From the NCBI RefSeq assembly GCF_006345805.1, contig NC_043010.1, forward strand, positions 64,232,001-64,296,000: 64,000 nucleotides of DNA, in the 5' to 3' direction. This stretch comes from Octopus sinensis. Its lineage: Eukaryota. Below the pieces are notes generated by a model that did no database searches, was not told the DNA's origin, and was given only the letters and a program-made list of their open reading frames with translations. Made by a program: the position numbers and the translations under genes. Below are positions 13,778-27,748 of this stretch, one piece after another. Every line of letters begins with the position of its first letter. The stretch's first letter is position 1.

Positions 13778-14519
13778 CTCTCACTGTACCACTGTGTTGC
13801 AGCTTTCCCTCGCACCCCTCCATTTATGGCAGTGTAAGTGACAAAGATATGCCAGTAACATAGTCAAGAAAGGGAGATTATTTCCCGTTTTATCATCTTC
13901 GTTTACTGTTTTCATTTATGTACAAAGGGAAACGTACATTCGTCACGCTATTTCTAATAATTAAGAAAAGAGTATGTGTAGGTGTCATCCAAACGCTAAA
14001 TATATAAATAGGAAATATTGATCGAGCAATTTGAACATTTATCGAAAATTAATACTCACCCATTTTTATTCACGCCTTATATTTACAACACACACACACA
14101 CTCTCTCTCTCTCTCTCGATGGGTGTTGTACAGTTTTCGTCTACCAAATTTCACCCAGAAGATGATGGTTGACGCGAATCTATGGTAGAAAGCACTTGCT
14201 TTAGGCATCTCACGATGGTTTCGAGTTCGAACCCATGGGATTTGAAAACGAGTTTCTTATTGACACCACCATAACCTGCGTTAATTCTTGATTTCAAATA
14301 TATTAAAGCTGGAATATATCAGTGACTGCAATGCCGATTTCATGAACAAATTCCAGTACCACTATCAAACAAATACTGCACAGACGTGTTCTGTATGTAT
14401 AGGATCATATGTATATGTGCTTATATATGACTAATACAATTATCATAAGGCCCAAACAAATCATGAGAGTTATATATAATATGCTCAGGGCATTAAGTAT
14501 ATTGAGAGATAAGTTCAAC

Positions 14520-15778
14520 TTGTGGGCTGAAAAGTTCATAGACTGACTATGAAAGAGTGATGCTAGAGCTGTGAAATCATGCATGCATTAATTTCAACGT
14601 TTGTATTAATAACTGCATTGTTTTTCCAAGTAAACTGATGTATGACTGTTCAAAGAAGACTTCAATAGTAAATAGTAACGACTTCTCTTGAAAATGGAAA
14701 ACTTTGACATAGTAGTGTTGTCAGATACTATAGAAAAATGCATTTAGTCCACAAGGGAATTCAGGCTGACATGGTTGCTAAATTATGGCGATGCTCCAGC
14801 TTTATCAACAGTGCAAATGTAGGCATCTAAATTTAGGAGAAGGGAGGATCTTAAAGATGACCCAAGCTCTGGAGGTCCTGCAACTGCCACCGCCAAGGAA
14901 AATATTGATCGCGGTCACCACATAGTGATGGAGAAAAAGCAATGGACTATAAATCAAATAGCCAATGCTATTAGCATATCCTGTGAAAAAGTTGAGGATA
15001 TTCTACACAATGAACTTGGCATGATGAAGGTTTCTGCTCTGCCGTTGATATGTGTTCTGATACCTGATCAAAAGCGTAGCAGGCTGATCACATCACGGCA
15101 AAATCTGACATTGTTTGAGTTAGATCCTTGAACGTTTCCTAAGCTAAGATTAGTGCTGGCGTCATCACTTTGAGCCAGAGGCAACTCCCCACCCCCCAAA
15201 AAAAACAAACAATCCATATAGTGGAAACGTTCCTTCTCAACTCTTTTAAAAAAGCCAAGTTCGTTTCATCTGAAGGGAAGAAGATGATCTCGGTTTTTTG
15301 GGATGCAAAAGGCATTACGCTAATTGACTATCTTCAAAAGGGCCATACCATCAATGAAAAGTACTATGCCAGCATACTGAGACAATTACGAAAGTATATC
15401 AAGGCCAAATACCTAGGAAAACTGACGAAAGAGGTTTTGTTTCATTAGGACAATGTTATAGCATGCAAGTCCTTGGTTTCAATGGCTGCTGTGCATAACT
15501 ATGGTTTTCAACTGGTTGATCCCATCTGGCTATCACCTGTTCGTTAACATAAAAAAAAAAACAATTGGCTAGGAAGCAGTATTGCTGTGATGTTGGCGTC
15601 ATATCTGCTGTTGATGACTTTTTTGAGCAACAGGATGAAATCTTCTTCACTAATGGGGTCCAAGCACTGAAATATTGATGGAAGAAGTGTATGCACTGTA
15701 AGTTGAAAAATAAACCATATTTGGTCACCTTCCATGAGAGTATCCTAGTGAGCCTATGAACTTTTCAGCAGACCCTCG
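14520..15778 (+). mobile_element. Degenerate mariner transposon
   Basis: TIR gctgaaaagttcatag / ctatgaacttttcagcagaccctcg followed by TA. Transposase fragments ILHNELGMMKVSA and KKMISVFWDAKGITLIDYLQKGHTINEKYY. Confidence 0.88.
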
Positions 15779-15921
15779 TATGTATCTAAGTTTATTTGTA
15801 TGCATATGTACGTGTACTCGTGTGTATGGGAATATATATGATACTATGCACACAGACACAAACAGACACACACACACACACGCACACGCATACGCGCACA
15901 TAATCGATGTGTCTTTTTCAG

Positions 15922-16068
15922 AATGCAAACATGGATACCACGGAAGAATGTGTACAAAGCAATGCTCCATTCCTTGCATAAATCATGACTGTAATGATTT
16001 CGATGGCCGCTGTACAATAGATTGTCTTGACGGTTATTCATGGGACAGCGATAAAGGGGGTTGCAAAG
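15922..16068 (+). CDS. EGF-like exon E0 (single copy, upstream of the tandem array)
   Basis: ttttcag acceptor, G|gtaagt donor, 147 nt, phase 1-1. (K)CKHGYHGRMCTKQCSIPCINHDCNDFDGRCTIDCLDGYSWDSDKGGCK, 8 Cys. Confidence 0.9.
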
Positions 16069-16338
16069 GTAAGTGATCATTATAGAAAACCAAATTAAAT
16101 TGCTTTTCTTTTTACTTGTTTATTCTATATTGTCAACTGAATGAGTTGTAAACGTAGTCTTTCTACCTATTTAACATCATGACCTACCCCTTGGCTACCT
16201 TTAGAAGAAACCACCCTGTCGCATTCCGGATCGTCTCTGTTCTGAGGATAAATTACCCTGTATCTTCCACCAGTTTTTGAATTCCTCCTGCTGTTGGTGC
16301 TGCTGCTACTGTTGCTACTGCTGCTACTGTTGCTACTG

Positions 16339-16399
<61 letters not shown>

Positions 16400-16418
16400 G
16401 TTAACATTTTGTAGAATA

Positions 16419-17708
16419 CGAGGGGCGTTCAATAAGTAATGCCCCTGACCCACTTCCCATAGCAGTAGAGCAACGAAACTTGGCACAGTTATTAGTCTTT
16501 TTCTACATAGGAACCACCCAGAGATACGCATTTCTCCCATCGTTTGATGCGGCTCTGGAGACCGTTTTTGTAGAAGAACCCAGCTTGGTCCTCCAACCTC
16601 AACGTGACTTCAGAAATCAAAGCCGCATCATCTGGGAAACGCTTTCCTTTCAAAAACAACTTCATGATTGGGAAGAGGTGAAAATCAGAGGTGCAAGCTC
16701 AGGAAAGTAGGGGGGATGGGGAGGAGTTCATAGCCATATGCCTGTGCTTCTGATCTGGCGACACGCGAGTTGTGGACCGGAGCGTTGTCCTGCAGGAGGA
16801 GGATGCCTTTGCTGATCTTGCCCCGCCTCTTGATTTTGATAACTTCTCTTAATTTCCTCAAAAGTGAAGCATAATAGGCTCCTGCAATTGTGGTACCCTT
16901 TGCCAGGAAATCTGTCATCACTACTATGTCCAGGTCCCAGAAGACTGTGAGCATGACCTTGCCAGCGGAGGGCTGCACCCTTGCCTACTTTGGAGGGGGT
17001 GAGTCACGGTGCTTTCACTGCATTGACTGGGCTTTGGTCCCTGGATCATCGTGATGGACCCAGGTTTCATCCTGTGTAATCAGTCTTTTGAAAAATATTG
17101 ACTCATCTTCTTGGCACATCTCCAAATTCACCCTCGAGCACTCGACGCGTTCTTGCTTCTGGAAAGGTGTGAGCAACATGGGAATCCATCTGGCAGACAC
17201 CTTTTGCATATGCAAATGGTCATGAATGATAGTTTCCACAGACCCGGTACTAATTTTGACCTCATGGGCTATTTGGCGAATAATTATGCGTCGATCTTCC
17301 AAAATGGCAGCCTCAACTTGACGGACAGATGCCTCATAAATGGCAGAAGGGGGCGACCAGATCTGGGAGCTGTTTCCACAGAGTTCTGACCATGTTTGAA
17401 TTCACGATGCCAGCGTTTTACAAGGTCATATGATGGGGCATCATTACCATAAGTTACTTTCATTTCATCAAAAGTCTCCCGTGGTGTGCGTCCTTTCAAA
17501 TACAAAAACCGGATCACTGCTTGACACTCAACAGGCTCCATTTCACACTTGACTCGGTTCAAACACCTGTAAATCAGAAACCACAATTAATTCAGAGCTG
17601 TAATTTGCCACTCACTCTATAGAGATATAAATGATTGCACATGCAAAATTTCAGCTAGATCAAACAACTGCAAGTGGGTCAGAGGCATTACTTATTGAAC
17701 GTCCCTTG
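16419..17708 (-). mobile_element. Full-length mariner transposon (1290 nt) with a frameshifted transposase
   Basis: 37-nt TIRs with 3 mismatches, TA on both sides (16417-18, 17709-10). Motifs RSGRP, ARWIP, ITQDETW, LQDNAPVH, PPYFPELAP. Empty site present in copy 3 at 55928-55929. Confidence 0.95.
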
Positions 17709-20700
17709 TATGTTTCAAAGTTAATAATACCTGTTTTTTTTCTTACAAGAATACTATAGCTGTTGGAATTTATATTCTCACTCAATCTTAAAGTGCAAAC
17801 ATGTCTATGAAGACATTAAAGATTCATTTTCAGCCGTAGGTTTCATACTTCGAAAAATTTGGGAGATATCAATATCAGTCGATTAAACCAATTCCAGTAT
17901 TGGTAAATTTTTTTTAATATTATTAATTCTGGAAGGATGGAAAGTGGAGTTAATGTCAACAGAATTTGAACTTCAGACGTAAATGGCCAAAGCTAAATAC
18001 TGCAAGGATTTTGCAATACACTGCAACAATTCTTTCAATTTAGTATCTTTTTTCTATGTCTCATCAAAAGGAAACAAAAAGAAATCAACATATTCATATA
18101 TTTCAAGCAAAAATCGATGGTTGATAAAGTAGAACAACCGAATAAAGAAATTACAGAGTTCACTTTTGTTTGCAGGCTTTGAGTTGAAATCCACAAGATA
18201 AATTTAGTGTCAGTAATATACTTTACAGGTAATTTCATTGCACTACATTCCTGACATAAAAAATTTCTTTCCCAATATACTGAATGCCAATAGACGCAGA
18301 ATAGGCAGAGGTGTTAAAACATCGAATAGAGTACCTTGCAGTATTTCTTAAGAATATTTGTACAGTGATTTCAAATACCACTGATGTCAATTTTTCCTTT
18401 CATCATTTTGGCATCAAGTATATAGAACTAATCCAATATTTTTTTTCCTTCTTGAAAAAATCGGCTCTTAGTGGGAGATAGGATCCACAAAGTTTAAAAT
18501 GATGATGTGCATGTATTAAATCTAGTTATATCTAATTAAATTTTCAAACAGAATCGAAACAGAAACAGCTACTTAACACACCTTTATGAGATGTATACAT
18601 CAACGAGTAATCTGTATTCTTAACTTCGAAACTGTATTTCTCTAAGTTATGGTAGTGGCTGTGTACACCATATTCAGTTTACAAAATTCTTGCCTAGTTC
18701 AGTGTACTCAAATCCATCTTGGTGGACTCAGTCGGTAGAAATGCTACTGACATGACCAAAACACATTAAAGGAAACACAGTGTGGTCCGGTTGTCCAGAT
18801 TCTAATCTATGTAACTTATTGTTTGTTGATTGGTAAATTGTTTGACAGTTAACATCCTAAGAATCCAATCACTAGAGTTTCTGTCTTTTCATCTGCTGTA
18901 CACTTCAAAGTAACTAAAGTAAAATAATGTATTTATTTAACAACAATCTATTAATATATTTTAGCATGTAAATGTAAATGATTAGATAATCAACTATATT
19001 GTGAAGCCATTTAATAACACACTGTTAAATTCATTATAAATCTAAATTTTCTTCATGAGGTATCAAAATTTTCGTCACGCAGCTGTAAAATGGTTCTTGA
19101 CATAGATCCACTGCAATGCTGAGTTAGTGACCAATTCGCAGTTGTGCGTCAATACGTTTAACATCACGTCAAATTTTATGAGATTTAACGGTTTTGTGTG
19201 CTCTTGATTAAATGGCTGTTCCACGATGTAGTTGATTCAAGTTACTTACTTGTACAACTAGGAAATATAAACAAATTAAACCAGAGGGATCTATTTGGTA
19301 CTGACTTCCTTATTAAGTAAATGGATTTAGTTATGAATGAGAAACGCGATATTGATATTTTTATCAATATATTTCAATGTTTGAATTTATTAAAGATAAA
19401 CATACCTTATTTCTTCTTCAATCAATTTTTTTTTACATGTAATGCTAGTAAATAAAGGAAGTACTTTATATTAAGTACATTATTTTGTCTTTTCTGCTTT
19501 AAAATATTGTATTATTATCGTGGCACATCTAATTACACCTTGAGGTACATCATGTATTGCAACGCCCAGTTTGGGTATTATTACAAGATTATTAAAATTC
19601 GTAAAATAGAGAAGTTCATATATAGTAAAGAAAAGTAAATTTAGACATCAGAGAAGGTCAGTTTCCGAAGAAATAAAATACCTCTCCTAATTTCTCTGTC
19701 AAATTGGAGATAATGGATTAATCAACAAAGAGTTAATGACAGAGATTAGAAGATAGTTTAATCCGCCAAGTGTTTGGAAGAAAAGGATCAGATTTCTGAA
19801 GTCTGAGTGTCTGACTTGTAGAGCGGACAGTTTATAAGCAGACATATGCGATTTTGTTGAGTAGTACTTAACAGGGGCAACTATTGGTATAGTAGTTACT
19901 CAAAATATATGTTTAGATAAGAGTAAAGATATTAAAAATATTTAAGCCATGAAATATAAGAGAAATTCAGTATAGTTACCACAAAGACCGAACTCTACCC
20001 ATTCCTTTTAATCTTAAACTGCACATAACTTCCAATAACAGATATGCATCACTATCATATGTTACTTTCATTCCTCATTCTAAGTGAACCCTAAAAATTA
20101 AATCACTCCAAAGCTAGCGAAGAACAAATTGTGTTGGTACAGCAAAATCTAACCCTTACAATCTCTATAACTCCATTAGCAAACATTTGCATATACAACG
20201 CCTTCACAACTACTGCAATATCAATCTCTCATACTCCTTCAAATATATCTGTTACACAGCCCAACACTGCTACAACACCAAAGGACCACGAAAGAAATTT
20301 TGTAGGATTGATTGATTTGTTAAAAATAGCAGCCAAATGCCATTCAAATTGCATTCTCCATCTTAAAAAGATATTTTACACTTAAAACCAACAGCGAATG
20401 ACAGAATACCTTAGATGTCTGATCAAGGCTAACAGTGGTCGAAGCAACAACAATTTCAACACTATTCTGAAGAGAATATCCGTCCAGGGAAACACACACA
20501 CACACACACACAATCCTGACCTGCAAGAAATTGTAGCCAAATCTTCCTCAAATCACACACTACCCTCTTATACAAAGAAAGAATACATAAGATAATTTAG
20601 CTATTCAGATACTATATACACTCTCTGAAAATAAGCAGGGTGGTCATTGTTTTGGGGCCAAACAACTCCAAGAACCACCTTAAACGCTCTCTGGATTTCA

Positions 20701-21128
20701 CATTTGTCCTCGAGGAGTTCATCACTTGGACCGACAAGTATACAAAAAATTGACTGGGCAAAAAAAGAAACACATGTCCCAACTGACAATAATTCATATT
20801 CAGGATGTATTAGTGCGAAGGCCCACCAAGTGGTGAAGGCTTCGTATATCAAGTGTAATAGATCTGTGACTTGCACTTACTCTTTCGATCAACTATTATA
20901 GATATGCTCATCGTATCTGATTTTAAACTGAACTCCGCAATAACAGAAACAGCATTTGATAAATGGCATCATAAGGAAATCCTTCACATAATTCTTTCGG
21001 TAGCTTTTAACTTGTCTCTTCTAATTCTTAATTCATGTAGTCGGTAAAGTGTATCTGATATTTTAAACTTTAACAGAGTCTGTTTAACATCAAATCTGGT
21101 GGATATTAAAAGAAATTGTTCTTTTCAG

Positions 21129-21263
21129 AGTGTTCTCCTGGAAAGTATGGTACTCACTGTAATGAGGAATGCAACTGTCGAGATAAGGACGTGTGCGACA
21201 GAGTCACTGGAATATGCCCACATGGATGTCCACCTGGTTTCACGTCAGGCACTTGTAAAGAAG
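21129..21263 (+). CDS. EGF-like exon A1
   Basis: ttcttttcag acceptor, G|gttaat donor, 135 nt. (E)CSPGKYGTHCNEECNCRDKDVCDRVTGICPHGCPPGFTSGTCKE. Confidence 0.88.
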
Positions 21264-22048
21264 GTTAATAACGTTTGCTTTCTGTTGTCATTGTGTATTG
21301 CAATTGTTGTTCTTTTTAGTTATGTATTCTGAGATGCTAATACAAGATATAGCAAAGATTACCAACAAGGGTGACAGTACTGTGTGTGACATGGAACAGT
21401 GTACTAACAATGTACTTGCTTTTTCAACAAAATATAAAAACAAGGGAGACAACAAGATATACAAACTAGAGAAACAACAGCCTAAGCTAACAACATAACA
21501 AAGTATACTAACAAGGGGTACAGCTAGGGGTACATCACAGGGAACGACAACTTGTGATGACAAGGGAAGTAATAACATGTATTGTCAACGTTGACTACAT
21601 AGTATACTAACATGCGCGAAGAACGTGTGCTAACAGGGAAGATAACAAAGTATGCAAGAGTTGCACAGTGTGTACTAAGGAGGGAGATGGCAGAAGATTG
21701 TGTGCCTGAAGACATCTAACTAATTGCTTGAAATAGTCGTCTGTCTTATACATTTTTAGTTTTGGGTTGGTTAATTTATTAAGAAGCTAGTTTAGCCTGT
21801 TTAAGGTTCGATTTTGATGCAAAGAAAGTTTGGCAAATATCTTCTGTGAAAGTCCTGGTTTGATTCAAGACTTGTGAACGAAACAAACCATCTGGAAGCT
21901 TCAGGAAAACTCTGTGAAATTTGCAAGAGAATATGGTTCTGTCTTGAGTTGGCGTTGACTATGATGCCAGTAGTATTGTGTTACTGATATTTAAAAGGCA
22001 ACAATAAATTCGTAAGTTAAAACGTGTTTCTTCTGGGTTTTTTTTCAG

Positions 22049-22180
22049 TATGCCCTAAAGGCACATTTGGAGATGAATGTCATAAACAGTGTCATTGTAA
22101 TGATGACAGTTGCAACCCAGCATATGGTACTTGTGCTCATGGATGTGTTGCTGGATATCGGGGTAAAAGCTGTCAAGAAT
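22049..22180 (+). CDS. EGF-like exon B1
   Basis: tttttttcag acceptor, T|gtgagt donor, 132 nt. (V)CPKGTFGDECHKQCHCNDDSCNPAYGTCAHGCVAGYRGKSCQE. Confidence 0.9.
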
Positions 22181-22559
22181 GTGAGTATGAAACAACTGAT
22201 TATACCATTGGAATTATGAAGTAATTTCAAAGTGAATATATTTAGTTCAAATCACTTATGGACGAATTTTATGTTAGGACTTCACCTGCCAGAATTTATC
22301 TGGCCTTCTGTGATTGGCCTAGTGTAATTCTTTTCCTCATTTGACTGAAAATTACCCTGCAACCTACTCTCTTGAGGATTTTCTTTTGAAGTATATTTTT
22401 TTGTTTCGCTTTCTAATTTGTCCTTGCGAAATCGACTCTTTTGTTGTTCCTGTAACAATAAAAGATATTATTTGACTCAGGTTCGTTCTTATTCTTGCTA
22501 GAATTTATGTGGGTAATGGGTTACTACCAGTAACTTTATATATCCTCAAGCTTTCGTTA

Positions 22560-25070
22560 ATCTTTCAAGTGCTGAAAACCCTTCTGATAATCTTTCCTGT
22601 CCATAAGAGGCAAACTCTCTGTGGAAGCTCTTCAGGACATCCTATTCCAATCTCTTCCAACCATTCATCTATATCCTTACTCCCAGATCCTAATGCACCA
22701 ATTATTGCAGGCACAACCTTTACATATTTCATGCTGCAAATTCTCGCAATTTTAAATTTTAAAGGATTGGATTTTAAAATGTTTTTCTTCTTTCTTAACA
22801 ATCCTGGAATCGAACGGACACGATGGATCAATTAGTAAGCAACTTCGCCTTTCCTTGTCTATTATTGTTATATCTGGTTTATTATTTCCTAGCTTCTTAT
22901 CTGTTTGAATGGGAAAATCCCATAAAATCTTGCTTTCTCCGACTCAAGCACCCTCTCAACCCAATGGTGATACCAAGTACTTTGAGCTTCAAATCCCCAT
23001 TTCTGATGAAGCGCCCAGTGAAAAACTTGCAATACTTGGTCATGTCTCCATTTCGTATATTCTGTATGAGCCAACCTGGGATATTCTGCAACAATGTGCA
23101 CCATTGTTTTATCTCAAGTACCTCACACTTTACATTTTGCTGACACCTCCCCATACACATATTTTTTCAAATTATTTGTTTTTATTGCTTTATCTTCAGC
23201 TGCTTTAACAAGGCACTCTGTTTCTTTTTTTAAATGCCCTTTTGTTTTTAATGAAGCCCAGATTTTTGTTTCACGTACATCTTCAGTGGCTTTCAAATAC
23301 TGACCATGCAGAGGTTTCTTTTCAATCTGTTTATAATGCTCTCTTTGAATATCATTTTCGTCTTTTCCTCCTATTTCCACATTTGACCACCTGCTCTCTA
23401 TTCACTGCCTTTAGTATTTTCTGTGTGTTGTTCTATAGTAGCCTACTATATTTTAGCAGGCTTTGTCTGTGTTCTTTCAAGACCATACTTCTCATGCAAT
23501 CTCTAGTGAACAAACTTAGCCCTGTTATCGTGCCTCTTTTTGTATTCTTTTTGGATTAGTTTGCTAAATTCACTCACAATATGTGAGATTATCCCGTTTT
23601 TTTGATGCCATAAACCCACAAAGGAGCGATTCATTGTTCTTGTCTATTTGGACCTTGGAGTAATTATTTCTCAGGGTTTGTTCCTGGGTACTACATATCA
23701 ATGCCTATGTGCATCTCTGCTGTTCCACTGGCAGCTTGTCAGTTATTTTCAGCATGTCATACGCACAGTTAGTTACATTCTTGACATCAACTTCCAAATC
23801 AGTAGTAAGTAGGAGAATGGCCGGTAATTTTCCACTGCATTACATTTACTGGAGTCCTTTTTGGTAAAGAGCTGTTTTCCCTGTGGCAATGCATTTTGGG
23901 ATTTATACCCTGTTGTTGATCATTTTATCCATTTGCATATCTATTCTTTTGTATAATTCTGGGAAATTTTCCAGCCATTACCTTTGAACCCCATCCGGGC
24001 CAGGACACTTCCAGTTTGAGATCATTGTTGTCTTCTCGGTCACCATTTCAGTTGATATTCGTATACTGCTCTGTTCCATTTAAATTTTCTCGGATCTTAA
24101 TTCCTTCAAGCATCTTTCTGATGATTTCTTCCATTATCTCAGATGTTACTCTAAAAACTCCTACTTTCTTCAGCGTTCGGTTTCTCATTGCTGCTAACCT
24201 CTCCATCTGCTGATAAACCATTTTCTGATCCGGCTGGAACAATATATTGATTTTAAGTTGTAAAATTCTGTGGTCAGATCCCTTGATTTTTGTAGCTCTG
24301 CAGGGCTACATTCAATCCCTTTTTCGTGATACTAAACCTACGTTCTAGTTTTGATATTTCTCCGTTTTGATTTCACCTTGTTTCTTTCTTTTCAGAGTGT
24401 TGATATGCTTTCGTGATTCATTCATTGATTACATTATCCTTCTTTTCTTCCAAGGCTCTTTTGTCTCATTTCCTCTTTTACGATTTGGTTCGAGGGCTAC
24501 TTTTCTTCTTATATAGATGATACTAGTTTTAACCAATCTACCTGTAGCATTTATATTATCTTTCTTAGTTACTTTCAGTATTTTATTCATCTTCCGAGTC
24601 AATCCGCTGAGCAAAATTATACCACTTTCTTGAATTCATTTACTTCTATGTTCAAATTTTTCTGAATGATACTAGTGATATCTTCAATCATTACTCTATC
24701 CTCGTCACTCAATCCTTCGATATTCTCAAAACTTAAGTCAGCACCATTCTCCAGAGCAACTTCATTCAATACAACTCGTCAACATTTTCTGTAACAATAC
24801 AACTTCACTCACAGTGTTTTCGATCGTCCCCGTCTTCTTAATCTCATCAAACTCTAATGCTGTTAACCATTCTTTCTTCCTTATTATCCTTGCTTGGTCA
24901 TGTAGACTCTCTCTGAAATATCTAAGTTGAGCATCTCCATCCAAATGCCACGGATTCTCTTTCTGTATCCTTTTATAGGTTTCCCTTCATCATCAACAGG
25001 TCTGCTAAAAAAATAACATTCTATGGCAGCTATTTTCATCACCTTAGACCATTTTGTCTTGGCAACCATA
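22560..25070 (-). mobile_element. Degenerate R4/Dong-like (RLE) non-LTR element; shorter copies at about 41290-42925 and 60090-61763
   Basis: PLHGQY, HLKKETECLVKAAED, CKV..HIVAE, YTKWRHDQV, VVPAIIGALG; many disruptions. Confidence 0.75.
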
Positions 25071-25560
25071 TAATGACGACCGGGCCTGTGCTACTCACCC
25101 ACAAGGCAAGAGCCCGTCACCTGAAGTTTCGTCCACATTTACGCCGTTGTTTGTATTAATACTTTTATCCGTTACTCTCATAAAAAGGAAAGTGATTTAA
25201 CAACCACCAGTATTTTCATTTGAGATACTTTCTCTAGAGGGTTTGTATCAAAAAACTCATCGGGGCCTCTCTACCCTTTAAAAGTTTAAGTAAGCTATCT
25301 TGCATTGTACACCAACCCAGTACTCTGAGCGGTAATGATCTAATCGGATGCACAACTAATGAAAAGTTGCTGTGTAGGTGACCGCTGACTCCCCTGAGTT
25401 CATCTACTCTTCAACAGGCCTTGTATTTCATCCTGAAGGGTTAGCAAATAGCAAGAAAAATACACTCTCCACAGAGCAGGTTCTGTGGAGTTGCTGGTTT
25501 AGTCGCCAACGATTCGACACTTGTGATTCAGTTGAGATAACAAAAACAACAATAATCTTT

Positions 25561-25766
25561 TCTAGTAAAGGCACAAGGCCTGAAGTTTTGGGGAGGGGAC
25601 TAGTCGAATACATCGACCCCAGTGTTCCGCTGGTTCTTAATTTATCGACCCAAAAGGAGGAACGGCAAAGTCGATCTCGATGGAATTTGAACTCAGAATG
25701 TAACGATGGGTGAAATACTATTAAGCATTTCGTCCAACGTGCTAACGACTCTACCAGCTAGCCGCC
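25561..25766 (-). mobile_element. tRNA-derived SINE
   Basis: Minus strand starts ggcggctagctggtagagtcgttagc (A-box-like) and has gagttcaaattcc (B-box-like). Related plus-strand copies at about 32086-32296 and 48244-48445. Confidence 0.8.
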
Positions 25767-26667
25767 TTAACAAAAATTCCCAGGAGTGAAAATGTCAAAT
25801 ATAAAAATATAAAACATTGGAATGAACAAGAATGACACTAAAAACTGTACACGAGGGTTGATGTGGACTCTCGGAGCCTTGACTAGCAACTCACCTAGTG
25901 ATGGTGTCACAATAAAAATACTGGTGGTTGCACAATCTCACAAATGGTACCTCTAAATGAGTGATGTCAAAATTAAATAATAACCACAACTGCACTAATA
26001 GGACTGGAACTGTAAAAGGTAAAGATGTCGCGCTCGGCAGGCAGGGAGTATCTGGTCAAGTTCTGACAGATTGTCATCAAGCTATTGGTCAGGACCAAAG
26101 TCGCAGTCAAAAGTGCAAAATAAAAAGAATGAAATGGGGGAAAAGAAGTAAACTAAATAGTAATCGAATACTGGCTGAGAAGTGAGCCAAATAAAAGAGG
26201 CTTCATGAATCAAATAAAGAGAATATTTGGATGAAGAAAGGAGGCTTTGAAGTATCCGCCCTGTGACTGATAGACTAAACAAGAGTAATGTGTGGGGACG
26301 ACTGGGTTATGGCAGTAGAGATTGAAGAAATTCAGAGAAACATAATAATAAATTAGCAGAAGGAGAGTGAAACAACGGTAGCAGAGAGCGGTAATGAAAG
26401 GGTAAAACAGGAAGAATATGAAACGGATGGAAGAATTGACACAAAAAAAACAGCCAAATTAAAAAAAAAAATGATGATAAATGCAAAGGTTTCGAATAGC
26501 ATAGACTGTTCCAATAAAATAGAAGGCGTCTATATGAGGAAACAGAGGGACGCCAACACTAAGAACTGATTTGAGATGTGGAAGAAAGGAAAGAATTTGG
26601 AGGAAGATTGTAGAAGAAGCCGGCGAGATATAAAGAAAGCGCAGAGTGGCTAACAAAAGTAGAAAGG

Positions 26668-26932
26668 GTGTTTTGTTCAACATCCTTAAACAACCTTTAT
26701 TCAGAGACCTTTTGAGCTGGATGGGTTACTCGACCAGTAGAAAATTCTAACTGTGCCCCACCTGCAAGGTCATGCGCTGTTTATCTTGATATGAGATCAC
26801 CATGTTGCGCACATATAGTTGTGATGCATGTGCCTGGTGTACCCTTATCAGACCGGTAGTGATGTTGGGTATACTGGGCTTCGTATATTTTACCCCAGTG
26901 TCACTTTGATGGCATGCACTGCTCTTTCACTC

Positions 26933-26984
<52 letters not shown>

Positions 26985-27106
26985 TTAGTGATGTTGATGA
27001 TGATGATGATGATGATGATAATAATAAAGTCAAAACTCATGTAGGACCAGAGAAAATATTAACAATGGTAAAAAAAAGGATAATAATAATATTAGTGATG
27101 ATGATG

Positions 27107-27160
<54 letters not shown>

Positions 27161-27713
27161 GCCCTAATGCAGTACAAGGCAGTGGCTCTCATGGCTTCTG
27201 ATCTTAACTGATTGGAAGTGTTATCATGTACATTGTTTTGTCTTGGTATAAAAGATGGGCTACAGCAAATATTCTGCTCAATACCACAGATTTGCTTGTC
27301 AGTTGTTTGACCATAACCAGTTGAGCATGTCCCTTAGTGGCTGACGATATGTGCATCTCTGATCATGAGCAGAAGTAGTGGGGGAGCATCATAGCCATGT
27401 GTTGAGAGGGATTCTTTGGGGTTTGAATAATTCACCTCTGGAAACATGGGTAGTTCTTTCAACATCCTTAAACAACCCTTATTCAGGGACCTTTTGAGCG
27501 GGAGGGCTACTCAACCTGAAGAAAATTCTAACTGTGCCCCACCTACAAGGTCATGTGCTGTTTATCTTGATATGAGATCACCATGTCGCGCACATATGGT
27601 TGTGATGCATGTGCCTGGTGTACCCTTATCAGACGGGTAGTCATGATGGGTATATTGGGCTTCGTATATTTTACCCCAGTGTCACTTTGATGGCATGCAC
27701 TGCTCTCTCACTC

Positions 27714-27744
<31 letters not shown>
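26668..27744 (+). repeat. Two direct copies (5'-truncated 26668-26932; longer 27160-27715) of an (AAT)n-tailed interspersed repeat, probably a LINE 3' UTR
   Basis: Shared end ..ccccagtgtcactttgatggcatgcactgctctctcactc(aat)n. The same pair is at 43805-44835; a single copy is at 62645-62933. Confidence 0.75.
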
Positions 27745-27748
<4 letters not shown>

